Source: Takakia lepidozioides (lineage: Eukaryota > Plantae > Bryophyta). From it: a stretch of DNA of 64,000 nt. Location: NCBI GenBank assembly GCA_030704615.1, contig CM060731.1, forward strand, positions 82,150,001 through 82,214,000, written 5' to 3'. Numbering within the stretch: the first letter of the stretch is position 1; each line of letters starts with the position of its first letter. Of the stretch, positions 1 to 12,435 are shown piece after piece. The translations under genes and the position numbers were made by a program. The notes below the pieces were generated by a model. The model was not told the DNA's origin and did no database searches. It worked only from the letters and a program-made list of their open reading frames with translations.

Positions 1-689
1 CTACTTTCTACCTTTATTACTGGGAGTACCCAGATCTTTATTGTGAGAGGCCGCCAAAGTACGACTGAAATGACTTCTCGTTCTACCCAGTTTAATAAGA
101 CTTTGACATCTGGAAATTGATTCAGCGGGCCCAGCAGAAAATTTACCTCCAAGGTGATCAATTCGAGAATTCACAGTCAGTAACATGCGTGACCATTATA
201 TGTAGAGGTCAGGTCTCCACGGTAGCACAGAGCTTGCACTCTTATAAGTTGTATCATCCATCTCGATCAAGATCATTGAACTTCCGGCCTCCTTAAATTT
301 CCTCACCTAGTCCACACTCTCTCATCTCGTCTTACCAACACTCCTTGCGTAGACTCCTCCAGTTCTTGATTCCACAGACAAACCTTGCTGGTATATGTAC
401 ATTAAGTGTGTGGTAGTCATTAAGATAAATGACTGTCCATTTCATTTAGAGCTCAAAATCAGTCATATTCACGACTTGTGATGTGGACAGACCACACATC
501 CATCTTGTCATAGGTGTGCTAGTCGTGTAGTCCTATCCAATACAGTTGTCCTCAATGACTACTTAAGTAGTCGCCGCATGGAAAGGAACGAACACGAACC
601 CCAAAGTTGCATTGCAGGCAGCGGTAAGAATAACCATCTACAAGGCAGTGAAACTTACAGAGGGGACACCACACCTGACCTAGCCACCC

Positions 690-2205
690 CCTTTTGTTTT
701 TTTTTTGTGGGGGGGAAAGGGACATAGCCCAGAATTGCATCAAGAAAAGTGGAAAATATAATCACTCAGAGGCCGTGAAGGCTTAGTATTACAGGGGGGA
801 ATCACCCCGTGATACTTTTATTTTCTTCTTTTTTTCCTTTTTTAAAAATTTATACAGAACAGGGGACTTTTTTCTTAAAGGGAATCTTTTCTTCTTTTTT
901 TAAAGAAAAAAAGGAAACACCCGGGAGCGACAGCTCACAAATCAGGCCCCTTAATTATAGGGAGAGGAGAAAATAACTTCTTTTACAGTAACCTCGCTGT
1001 GAAGGCTTTCGCATGGGACACCGCCCAAGGGAAGGGGGAGATGAACACCCATCAAGGTAGCAGGATTTTACCCAGAATCATCTGGGCACTGGGTGCACTA
1101 TCCAACTGAGCTATTGACTGTTGGTCCCTTTTGAAATTAAATAAATCAGCAAAATGGAGTTCGTAGTGGGATAGTCGGTTAGGCACTTGCCTACCTAATA
1201 ATTGTTTTTTGGGGCCATTTGGCGGTTAGGCACTTTTGAGAAATGTCTTTAAATTAGGCATCTTGGATGTGTAATTTTTTCAAATTAGGCAACTAAAAAT
1301 AATGATCACAAAATAAACACAAAAATATCAATATACAACCGCTGCCATGGATGAAAATTGAAACTGAGTCCATGGATGACGTTTTAAATTAATATCATTT
1401 TTCATGGATATCATTTTTAATGTTTTCTCTATTTCATATTTTTTTAAATTGGAATTCAAGATTTTTTTATACCAAGCTTTCTTTTCGAATTAATTTCTGC
1501 CTAACTGGCTATCCCACTACAGTATTGCTTTAAGTGATATTGATGTTTCTTCTGGTTTTCCCCTTTTTTATTTCTTTCTTGAGAAAGAGGCCGGAATAAA
1601 ATAATATTAATACAAAGCGAGGAAGCCATAGTAATATATATAACTTAAGAAAAAGAAAGTCAATTTCAAAATGGAAATGCCAAATTGAATACAAAAGTTT
1701 GGATGGTATTCCCTTTGTACGGTAACCTCACCCAATTCCAACCCCACCTACAATCGGCACCTATAAAAACCCCCCATTTCCAATATCAAACCATCGCAAA
1801 TCCATCATATCATGATATCCCATGATACACCCAAAACACATGTTTAGACATCATTGGATGTCAAAGGATTATAGATGAAGGACCGGAATTGGTATTGTGC
1901 TGACGGGAATGGGTGAGTGTACTAGCGTGAAATGCGAGCCTGAATAGGTGAGTCTACTTTTAACCAGGTGAAAATTCAACAAAATTACAAAACAACTTGG
2001 GATGGGTTTCAAATTACATTGCCCATATCGGAAAAATGACCCATTGTAAAGAAGAAACGTCTTTTTAGGTGTATTTCTTATTGGTGCCATTTTGGGTGAG
2101 GTTCTTTAAGCCCTCACGGCCTCAGGTGGTTATTTTTTTCCACCGTTTTCATAATTTTATTCAGCCCTGTTTTCCAAGACAAAAACAAAAACAAAAAAAA
2201 ACCCA
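690..2205. mobile_element. Degenerate non-autonomous DNA element with long imperfect terminal inverted repeats
   Basis: 744-786 (gaaaagtggaaaatataatcactcagaggccgtgaaggcttag) is an imperfect reverse complement of ~2105-2150. No coding capacity; exact ends and TSD not resolved. Confidence 0.35.
1163..1520. mobile_element. MITE with ~23-bp TIRs
   Basis: gtagtgggatagtcggttaggca (1163-1185) versus tgcctaactggctatcccactac (1498-1520), AT-rich interior. No clear TSD. Confidence 0.5.
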
Positions 2206-3559
2206 ATTGCGTCTTGGAATCAAGAATCTATAGGTATTGTTCTGTAAGATGTGACACCGCTACAGCTTCTTGCCCCCTTTGGATGGGTATATGTCTCCCT
2301 TTCTTTGCTTGAATGGGCAACAGCTTTGATCACCCCAAATCGAGAAAAACACATATACGTACACCCCGCCCCCCTAGGATAATAAATACGAGACTGATGG
2401 AATTATACATGTAATATATATATATGGAGTCAAATGGGCCCCGAAGACAGAGGCGCACAAATTGAGTTAAACTAAGGAAAAAAAAACCTTGCCCAAAGGG
2501 GCATCAATGCTGATCAGGGGGACACTGCCCCCTAACCAAAGTCAGCAAGATAATCAACAAATACATGGAATTCATGCAAGCCCTGCCGTATAGTAATTAT
2601 GAATAGGTAGTAAAACTCTGGAAGATCACATAGTGTCTATTAATAACTATCACGGTAACAAGATTTGAGCCCTGAATCACCCAGGTGGCACGCATGGTAA
2701 TATCCGATGGACTTTCATTTATGGCATGTACAAGAAGTTGAAGAATATTCTCTTGACTACTGTCTTGATTGAATTCGAAGCGTAATCGAAAGTATCGGTG
2801 CTAAAATGCAGCTGAAACCCTTTGCATAGTCATGCCTTAGGAAGGTAGGGCCAATAAAAATTGTAATTGTCCTTGTAACTTCTGAAAGGTTCCAAAGAGA
2901 GAAGGGCTTCTTATTTGCCCTTCCTAAAATTCCTACGATGCCTCCAAGGGGGATGCAGAAGTACTAGTGTTGGTGAGCCCCCCATCATCGCCCAACACTC
3001 GTCCAATTCTTGTTTCTCTGCTCCCGTTGAAGGTGAAAGACTCTTCTGGATGCTCTTTTATTTTGCACAGCAACAGGTATTGTAGGGACAAAAAACCGAA
3101 TGCACACTTCAAATTAGTTGAAAAGAAGATACGGGATGGGAGAAGGAAAGTTGGAAGTAGAGAGCTAGGAAGAAGGAAGAAGAATCAATTTGAATAGACA
3201 CTAGTCCTACTAGAGGGGAAGGAGAGCTCCAGCAGGAGATATCATAGAGCGAGCATCGTCCTCATGAGCTCCGTCTATGAAAGAAGTTTTAATGGCATGG
3301 ACGATTTCAGAACTTCAAAACATCCCATTAGTGAAGCTTTATCACGGTGTCACCTAGCCACTATAGGGCTGTATAGAAGGAACAGAAGCATATGTTTTCA
3401 TTCACGTAACTCCCCAACATTTACAGTGGCCCCACAACTTTTGCTTTGACTGCTTATGCCCCCCACTATCTAAAGTTGTATGCACCATGAATAATACTGC
3501 TATGTAACTCCAATAGATCTATTTGTCCTAGTGGGGTGTCATGCTTTATCATTAGCATG

Positions 3560-4108
3560 TAATTAATTTAATCGGTGGGTCAATTACAATACCCGATGCA
3601 ACAACATCAGAGTGCTTCTGAGCATAAACACATATCATGTTGTTGATTTTATGTCGTAAGTATCGTCTGTCCAATCGACATCCGTAAATTCAAAGTAAGT
3701 ACATATAGATGTGTTTTACTGCCTGAGCATGAGGTTCTTGCGGCTGGGACATGAATCTGCTCACAACAATTACTACATATGTTATGTCGATTCTAGTATG
3801 AGTTAGAAAAATCAACTTGCTTTGGTAACGTATCATATCTGCAGGTGGACCCCCCGTGTCAGGAACAAGCTTGACCTTCTTAGGTAGTGATGTGTGAGTA
3901 GGATTGCAATCGGAAAATCCAAATTTCTTCAACATCTTGACCTTGATGTATTGTCTCTGAGTAACCATAATTCCCTCATCCACAAATATAATTTCTAGTC
4001 CAAGTGAGTATGACAAGAGTCCTAAATCTCGAACTCTTTTTGAATTTCTTCTTATATCAATGTTATGTACGTTCATCATGGTTAACAGTAAGGTATATAT
4101 CATCAACA
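3560..4108 (-). pseudogene. Ty1/Copia reverse transcriptase remnant, 3' part
   Basis: Translates to Copia RT motifs (VDDIY; DLGLLSYSLGLEI; LTHTRIDITYVVIVVSRFMSQPQEPHAQAVKHI); frameshifted. Confidence 0.85.
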
Positions 4109-4748
4109 TGTCACGGACATAGCCCAGAGGAACTTACCAAGAGTAAATACCAAAAGTTATCAAGTTACCATGTTATCATAAATTACCATAATTTACCATG
4201 ATCTACCATGAATTACCATTAGTTTCCAAATAATCGAGAGTTTATCAAATTACCGAGAGTAACTTGAGAAACTGCTCAGGAAGTTTCATTTGGAAGAAAC
4301 TTCTCCATCAAGATACCTCATTTGCTTAAGGAAACTTCTCCATCAAGAAACCTTTGTTTAACCTTGAAAACTCATCCATCAAGAAACCTCCATTGGGGAA
4401 GCTTCTCAGGGAACTTCCTAGTAGCCAGTATATATAGGAGGCGAGATTGGACACTCTTTAGTTTCGCCAACACAAGTTCAAGCTACTCTTGTTTCCAGTT
4501 CCAGTACTCCAGTTCAGCTTCCAGTACTCTAGCCTAGTTTCCAGTATCTGGCGCTCTAGTTCAGTTTCCAGCATTCCAGTATTCAAGTCGAGTTCCAGTA
4601 TCTTGTACTCTTGTTCATTGTTATAAAGATCATCTTGATTCATGTTTACTCATCATGCATTCGGCCACGCCGACCTTAACTTCTTGTCTAATCTTGTACC
4701 TCTAGTCCGATCTCTTGTTTGTGTTCAGTCATGTTCTCGTCCTTGACA
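4109..4748 (+). repeat. 5' LTR of chromovirus-type Ty3/Gypsy element
   Basis: Starts TGTCAC and ends TTGACA; TATA at ~4429; preceded by CAACA (4104-4108); homologous to the reverse complement of 30537-31162. Confidence 0.9.
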
Positions 4749-4749
4749 A

Positions 4750-4764
4750 TGTGGTGAAACTAAA
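4750..4764 (+). promoter_or_regulatory. Self-priming-type PBS (Tf1/sushi/Tcn1-like)
   Basis: tgtggtgaaactaaa just after the LTR is near-complementary to tttagtttcgccaaca (~4457-4472), about 25 nt downstream of the LTR TATA box. No tRNA-type PBS seen. Confidence 0.55.
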
Positions 4765-4786
4765 GTTTGTTCCTTAGTTAGTCAAG

Positions 4787-7700
4787 ATGGAAGGCACATT
4801 TGCGGAAATTGTCGCCACCTTACAAAGTTTTCAGCTCCAGATGCAAGAACTTCGTACCTCTACCGTCCAGTTACAAGCTGATCAGTCTCAAGATCTTGAC
4901 AACGCTCTCCACAATTTGCAACAACAAATTTCAGAGTTAAAGGAGTCGAACAATGGATCTTCAACTATATGAGTCCCTAATGCAACAGCTCCTACTACAA
5001 CGGTTCCTCTTCAACAGATTACGAGAGAACCAAATATTAGCATGCCCGAGAAATTTGATGGGACGAGATCAAGATTTCATGGTTTTGTTCAACAAGTATG
5101 ACTGTTCCTACGACTACATCCACAACGCTACCCCGATGAAGGTATTCAAGTGGGATTCGTAGGCACCCTTCTATCAGGCACTGTGGTTTGCACCGCTATT
5201 AGAAAAAAAAATTCGCATTCCGAGTTCACTGTAACGTTTGGAGAGAATGATAGAGAGAGAGTTGTAGAGACAAAGATGCGAAATCTTCGATAAAGAGCAC
5301 GTCCTGCTTCCGTTTATGCTGCCACCAAATTTCGACAACTTGCGTGCGACCTCGACTGGAATGAGAAGAGCCTCATTAGTCAGTTTCGATGTGGACTAAA
5401 GAATGATGTAAAAGATTTGTTGCTGACAATGCCAAACGTGAACACACTGAGCGAATTCATCACCCAAGTCATTGCATGCGATAATCGTTTGTTCGAAAGA
5501 CGTCAAGAGAAGCAATCTGGATGGTCGACGACGCATCATGCCACTGCTACTACGGCACCAAACACAACGATCCATCAGACATCCGGTAATGATCATATGC
5601 AGATTGATGTTGTCCGATTCAAGCCATTGACGTCACAAGAAAAACAAAGACGACGCTTGAATGGATTATGCCTCTATTGCGGAGAAGAAGATCACATAAC
5701 GTCTAACTGCCCCAACAAGAGAAGATTCAAAGCTCGAGACGCAACTCAAGTATTCGATACGAGGATGTTGGAAAACGAAGATGTTCAGTTACAGTAGGGA
5801 CCATGCGGCTGGACATCACAAATTTCTCACAGAAAAAATATCTCTTTCTACCTCTAGACCTTGCACCTTGCTTCACAGTTCCGGTAAAAATCAGAATGCA
5901 AAATCGAGATATCTCTATAGAAGCACTTTTGGACTTAGGGGCTTCAGCATGTTTTATTGACAAAAACTTTGCGAAGCAATACAATTTAACGTTCGTAAAG
6001 AAAAAACTATCGGCCCCCGTTAAAGTCATCGATGGACGACCGTTATCATTAGTAAATGTTGACCATGAAACTCGACCACTTGAAGTGAAGCTTAAAGATC
6101 AAGCATCACATATTGTTTTCAACGTCATCCAGTCTCCAACGAATCTTGTGATCATTGGACTTCCCTGGTTCGTACTTCACAATCCTGACATCGACTAGCG
6201 ATCATGAAAAATTTCTGCAAGACTAAAATGTAGAAATATCAAAGGTATTCAACCCCTGTTCCTTGGAGCTAGAGCTTTTATGAGAGCTACCAAAAAAGAT
6301 GTGGCATTTGCACTTTATGCGACTCCGATCAAGACCATAACAGACAAGGGTACTTCAACATTACCCACTCAATATCAAGATTTCAAGGATGTCTTCGAGA
6401 AGAAAAATGCAGATATATTGTCAGAACACCGACCTTATGATTGTGCAATTGAGTTACAAGAAGGAGCCCAACCACCATTTGGCCCAATCTATAACTTATC
6501 CCAGACGGAGTTGGCTGCATTATGTGAATACATTGATGAAAATTTGTCGAAGAACTTCATCCGACATTCAAAATCACATGCGGGGGCGCCTATCTTGTTT
6601 GTGAAAAAGAAGGACGGATCATTACGCACGTGTGTAGACTATCGCGGTCTCAACAAAGTCATAATTAAGAATCGTTATCTGTTGCCACTGATTTCTGGAC
6701 TTCTCGACCAGCTGGGACGAGCCAAGATTTTTACCAAAATTAACTTGAGATGAGCTTATAACCTTGTACGGATAAAAGAATGAGACGAATGGAAAACAAC
6801 TTTTCGAACAAAGTATGGACATTTTGAATACATTGTTATGCATTTCGGTCTTACAAAAGCTCCAGTAATTTTCCAACATAGATGAATGACATATTTTGAG
6901 AATTTTTAGATGACTTTGTAGTCATCTATTTGGACGACATCTTGATATTTTCACAGAATGAAGAAGAACATGACCGCCATGTACGCCTTGTCCTTGATAA
7001 ATTAAGAGAAAGATGATTATATGTCAAGTTAAAAAAATGTCTTTTCCATCAATCTGATGTCGAATTTCTGGGCTACATTATTTGCGACAAATGCGTCTTT
7101 ATGGATCAGAAGAAAATACAAACCATCATCGAGTGAATTAAACCAACTTCGGTCCGAGATGTACAATGTTTTCTAGGATTTGCAAATTTCTATAGAATCT
7201 TCATCAAGGACTATTCCAAAATTGCTGCACCATTGACACAACTCACAGGGAATGACAAATTTGTATGGGACGAGAAGGCTGACCAAACATTTGAAAAGTT
7301 GAAACAGATATTTACAAAGGCTCCAATATTGGTACATGCAGACCTATCTAAACCATTCTTTTTTGAAGCAGATGCATCGGATTTTGCACTTGACGCTGTA
7401 CTCTCTCAACACGGTACGGATGGCCAACTTCACCATGTTGGTTTTCGTTCTCACAAATTTTCCGCTGCGGAGATCAATTATGAAATCCATGACAAAAAAC
7501 TTCTGGCGATTATCGATGCTTTTGAAGAGTGGTGTCATTTATTGGAGGGAGCTAAACATCAAGTCACTGTCTACACCGATCACAAAAACCTCGAGTATTT
7601 TATGAGTGCTCGTGTTTTGAATCGACGTCAAGCGAGATGGAGTATGTCCCTAGCAAGGTTTGATTTTGTTATTATCTACATCTTCAAGGAAAACCAGATG

Positions 7701-8457
7701 CTCTTTCTCGACGATCGTATCTTGCGCCAAAAAAATGGGACACAGTTTTCGACCAACAGAAATCCATCATCTTAAAACCAGCAAATCTCCAATTGAATAT
7801 GTTATCTATGTCCACCTATGACGATGCAGAGATTATAAAGGAGATTCAGGAAGCACTGAAGAACGACCAATTTGCTAAAACACTACGAAGTCAACTAAAG
7901 CAACCCCAAGACCACCCACATGTTACGAACGATTTCGAATTCAAAGATGACTTATTTTACTTCAAGGGACTTCTTTATGTACCTCCAGGACCTATACGAC
8001 TTCGAATTCTTCAAACAGGTCATGATTTTTTGGCTGTAGGACATTTCGGCTTCAACAAAACAATGGAACTGATATCCAGGGACTATTGCCGGCCGCAGAT
8101 GTAGAAACTCGTGAAAGAGTTTATAAAATCTTGCGATACGTGTGCTAGAGCGAATGGACCACGACATCGACCTTACAGTCTTCTTCAACCATTACCCATT
8201 CCCAAGGGTCCATGGTCGTCCATGTCTATGGACTTTATTACGGACCTTCCAATTTCCAAGATCCGATTCCATCCTTGTTATTGTGGATCGTTTTAAGAAG
8301 ATGACACATTTCATTCCATGTAATAAGACGGTTATAGGCGAGGAAACTGCAAGACTCTTCCTCAACAATATCTACCGCATTCATGGACTCCCGAAGGACA
8401 TCATATCTGATTGAGGACCACAGTTGATATCGAATTTCTGGAGGGGATTATTTCACA
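4787..8457 (+). pseudogene. Degenerate gag-pol (Gag zinc knuckle, protease, RT, RNase H, integrase N-terminal half) of a chromovirus-type Gypsy
   Basis: CLYCGEEDHITSNC; ALLDLGASACFI; [10 protein letters not shown]...[15 protein letters not shown]; YLDDILI; FEADASDFAL...TDHKNL; GHFGFNKT, WSSMSMDFITDLP, IISD. Many stops and frameshifts; breaks at FWRGLFH. Confidence 0.92.
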
Positions 8458-8486
8458 AACCTTTTTTAATTAATTCTGGACTTTTG
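8458..8486 (+). repeat. Left terminal repeat (TIR) of a large DNA transposon inserted in the Gypsy integrase
   Basis: aaccttttttaattaattctggacttttg matches aacactattttaactaattctggacttttg at 32582-32611. Both abut the duplicated integrase sequence (TT)CACA. Confidence 0.7.
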
Positions 8487-8879
8487 ACTTAAATCCGGAC
8501 TAAACTTAATATATATTTGTATTAAATTTAATTGAAATATTAATAATATCATGGTGTAATGTGTGATTGAACTTTGTGAAGTTTCAGGTGATGTCATACT
8601 TCTTTTCAAAATGTGTCATAGACTTGACATTGAAGTGCTCAATATGAAGTAGCAGTATTGAACAATTCATTGAACATCCACTTGGAAAAGTTGAATAAAG
8701 TAATATTCCATTGCAGGTCATCATGATAAACAAATGGGTCGCATCGAACATGGGCCAAACTCGTACTCTACCATACTCGATACAACTTGCTAGTAATTTT
8801 ATTGATTGAATCTTCATATGAAGCACAATGTTCACATACCACGCCATTGGAATGAATCATGTTTTGGATGTGACAATGG

Positions 8880-9860
8880 CAGTAAAATATTAGAATAGCA
8901 TGAAACATTCGGAAGAGGTACTAGGGTAGTACAATAAGGTTTGGGGTGTAACTAGAGAGAAGTGTAATAAGGTTTGGGTTTATAGTAAGGGTAAGGGTTT
9001 AGGGTTTGGATTTAGGGTACAAAAAGACAAACAAATATGATGGACTCACACTCGGTAGAATTAAGACATGGTTGAGGAATTTGATATCCATGTAATCATT
9101 CTATCATACCTTATCCAACAAAAGAAAATATTAAAAGAGCATGAAACATTGAAAAGATGTAACATGATAGTACAATAAGATTTGGAGTGTAACTAGGGTA
9201 GTACACTAAAGTTATTGGTTTATGGTAAGATTAATGGTTTAGGGGTGATGGTAAAAGTAGGGTTTTCGGTTTGTCAGGTTTAAGAACACTATTGGACAAA
9301 CAAATATGGAAGACTCACAGTCGCTAGAACTTGGTGTGTGTTAGAAGGATAAAAAATAAAATAAAAAATGAATAAACAAATATTATGGAAGAGTCATTGG
9401 GCCGGAGAAGTATTTAGATTGAGGATTCGTCCTTGGAACCTGGTATTAAGATACATATGGTTATGGTATGGATATTTCATTCCCATTTGCAAGGGAAGGG
9501 TAAGGGTTTAGACGTAACAATGGCGTAGGGTTTTGTTTAGGGTTCCCGACGAGGGTTTAGGGTTTGGGTTGAAGGCAGAAATGGTGAGCATACATGCCGG
9601 AAGACTCGCACTCACTACAACTTAGTGTTGTTAGTAAGGTAGTACTAAGCAAAATAAAAATGAAGAACCTAATATTATGGAAGTGTAGTCATTGCATCGG
9701 ACAAGTATTTATATGAAAGACTCGTCCAGACTTCGCTAGAACTTAGTGTTGTTAGTAGGGTACTAGTAAGCAAAAAAAAAAAGAATAACCTAATATTGTG
9801 GACAAGTATTTAAATGAAAGACTCATCGTTGGAACCTGGACCTAGTATTAAGATGTAACA
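8880..9860. repeat. Degenerate subterminal direct repeats with telomere-like (TTTAGGG) motifs
   Basis: Recurrent blocks such as acaaatat...gactcaca, gaacttagtgttgttagt and agggtttagggtttgg. Confidence 0.45.
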
Positions 9861-10759
9861 TAGAAAGCAAACTGTAACATGCCTAAAGTTTGCATGTCAA
9901 TCCAAAACAAAGAAAAAAGCTAGCGCAAATATGAAGGGAGAAGACATTTCGATAACCATAATGGTTATGGTTATGGCTATGGTTACGGTATGAATAGATT
10001 TGGAAAGAAAATGGCGTTATATAACGACTTTTGGGAAGCGCTGGATCTCATGGGAGAAAATGGATCTGAAGAAAACATGAGAGAGGATAAAAAGTCAGAC
10101 CACCAAATAAAAACTATGAGAAATAAAAATTGCTTAAAATTTGAACAACGGAAAAGGACATGTGAAATTCCCTCTTAAACCAGGGCCAAAGATGAGAAGT
10201 ATGAAAATGAAATGAAATGAAAATTTGGTGCAGGAAAGTCGTAGAGCTTAGAGGGAAAATGGAGGAAAACCTCATAGAAAAAACTTGAGGACTGGCAAAT
10301 TGAAAAATTGTATGTCAACAACGATTGAGTAAGGCTCCTCCTAGTGGGAGACTTCAGTGGGAGAATTGGTTATGCGAAAAGCAAGTCCAATGTTTCAGAG
10401 AAGGACTGGAAATGGGCTATTTTCTTCCGTTGTTAAAAACCTCTTTGACCGAATTTGAAGACTCCAGTGGTCGTGCCCGCCCATTTTGTTCTTGTGATCT
10501 ATATGTTATGTAGGCGAAACTCCCCTACATGGTCATCTTTGTTGACCAAGACGTACAGCAGGCCAACATCCAACAAACCAGAAACAAAGGACGAGAACGT
10601 CCACTAGACATTCGAGGTTCAGTGCGACATAAGAAGATAACAAAAAGGATCCCCAAACGCAAACAAGAAGGGCCATATAGAGAAGAAAATTTTATTTTTT
10701 AAATCGAAGTACTGGAGTTGACCTCAACAATATGTCCTTGGTCTGGAACTTGCTCGCAC

Positions 10760-11255
10760 GACTTGTTTTCTGACTAACGATTAGCCTCCTCCAAATTAGT
10801 GCGCGCCTTCACTGCTTCGGCGGCAGTAATTCTCTTAGTGCTATTCATTGTCGTATTTTTTCGTGGAGGCATTGTCCGCACAACATTGTTCACACAACAT
10901 TGTTCACGTGGATCTATTGAGAAGGATCTGACGAGTTATACTCCCAAAGTTTTGACCAACAGTCCCTGTACCTTTCCAAGTCTGTTGGGTTACCACCTTT
11001 TCTCGGTCTCCACCACTCCACCTTCACCTTCTTAAAATTAGGATCCTCCCTTTCGCGGATCACGTCAGATATTGCCACCCCCATCCAGACCGGGCACGTA
11101 CTTGGGTCATAAGGGCGAACGAGCACAAAAAAACCTTTCTCAATATCTTTGAACGGATTCAGGGATATTCTTGGTCGCTCACACCTCGGGCCACAGTAAG
11201 GTTCTAGGATTTCATCCTCTTCTTCCACATCCGGCAATATATGTGGATGCACCCG
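10760..11255 (-). pseudogene. C-terminal fragment of putative DNA transposase (SH3/Tudor-like tail)
   Basis: FFVLVRP..PVWMGVA..VKVEWWRP..YRDCWSKLW. A related sequence is at 26272-26520. Recognised by motif resemblance only. Confidence 0.45.
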
Positions 11256-11259
11256 CTCA

Positions 11260-11643
11260 AATTGGCTCGTGCATTATCATCAAGAACCGGAGCAAAGATG
11301 GTACACGGAAGAGTGAACAGCCGCACATCGTCACTTTGAGTCGCTCCAATATTCTTAAACATAGCATAAGTAGATTCCTCTCTTCAGAACTACTGCACTA
11401 GGCGCTCATATTCAGCATGGAACGCCGGCAAGAAACTCACATGCATCAATAGCATGTATGTAGATATTAAATACATAACAGGAAAAAAGAAAAAACAGAA
11501 ATAAAAGTAAGCAACCAAGACATGATATGAATTTACTTACAATCTAGACATCCAATTGAGATGCTCCATCTGCAACAGTTAGTTCAAATCGTTGCTCCAC
11601 CTGACTACGGACTCCACAACCACAACAATGGTAGCTTTTTCAA
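11260..11643 (-). pseudogene. Distal part of an interrupted OB-fold/RPA-like pseudogene (target of the methyltransferase element)
   Basis: The reading frame HEKF|EKATIVVVVESV runs across the empty site when 11644-23687 and one TCAA are removed. Confidence 0.35.
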
Positions 11644-11728
11644 TGTCGTGCGCATACATATCGCTACACAACTACATCGTTGTCCAAACCACACCACACA
11701 TATATGCACAATAAAGTAGTCTACCACA
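11644..11728 (-). repeat. LTR segment A, extra terminal copy (85 bp)
   Basis: Matches 12092-12176 except for one visible substitution (tgtcgtgcg versus tgtcatgcg). Confidence 0.95.
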
Positions 11729-11729
11729 A

Positions 11730-12176
11730 TGAAAAGAAAGCTAACAAATGACACTGCTCTCCACACAAGAAACAATGTGAAATCCAAAACCATCACTCTT
11801 TAAAACAGTAGTCGAGCCAGGGGCACCCCAAGCTATGGGGACTCCACCCCACAACAACCTACACTCCCATCATGAGTACACTCAGATCTAAACGCACACA
11901 GGAGCTCGGTCGCGCAGGCTCAACTCGAGAGAGATGAGCTGCGCGACTGCCGCTCTCGTGAAGATAAGACGGACCAGGTGTCAAACTAAACTTGACACCT
12001 GATTTAACACTTGACCTAAATCCAAGTGTTAAATACAAATAACTAGTTTTATGCTAGCTGTTTTCACACTGTGCTTATTTAACTTGACAGCTGTCATGCG
12101 CATACATATCGCTACACAACTACATCGTTGTCCAAACCACACCACACATATATGCACAATAAAGTAGTCTACCACA
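11730..12176 (-). repeat. Complete 3' LTR (segment A + GC + segment B)
   Basis: On the minus strand it begins TGTGGTAG just after the PPT and ends TTTTCA. Contains palindrome TGACAGCTGTCA at 12085-12096. Segment B (11730-12089) matches 23328-23687. Confidence 0.9.
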
Positions 12177-12177
12177 A

Positions 12178-12190
12178 TCGCCCCCCTAGC
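12178..12190 (-). promoter_or_regulatory. Polypurine tract
   Basis: Minus strand gctaggggggcga immediately precedes T-TGTGGTAG. Confidence 0.75.
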
Positions 12191-12435
12191 TGGTGGATAG
12201 GTCCCTCTACCTCCAGATAGCTACAAGACGTAATAGCCATAGCCGTACTAAGTCCTCTATCACTGTCCCTATCGTACTCAAACTCTATAGACCAAGAGGC
12301 CGGGTACAAGAATAGCCCCATCGTTAGTCGCCGTCTTGCAATCTGTGAACTTGAGCCAGGACTTCGTGTATTCAAGGTCTCATGTAGCTGGGCCTTGCGT
12401 TGCTTGTTAGCCTCCCATGGTTGTATCCACTCCCA

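Noticed and set aside
1-3450. LINE ORF1 remnants (1-250, 2500-3200)
   Set aside because: Only a vague resemblance; too decayed to support.
8980-9570. Interstitial telomere
   Set aside because: Only one or two degenerate TTTAGGG units at a time, embedded in larger subterminal repeats.
11644-12089. Reading A+B (TGTC...GACA) as an ordinary or solo LTR
   Set aside because: The PPT abuts the second A copy and the PBS abuts the lone B copy, and the TSD spans 11644-23687 rather than this unit.
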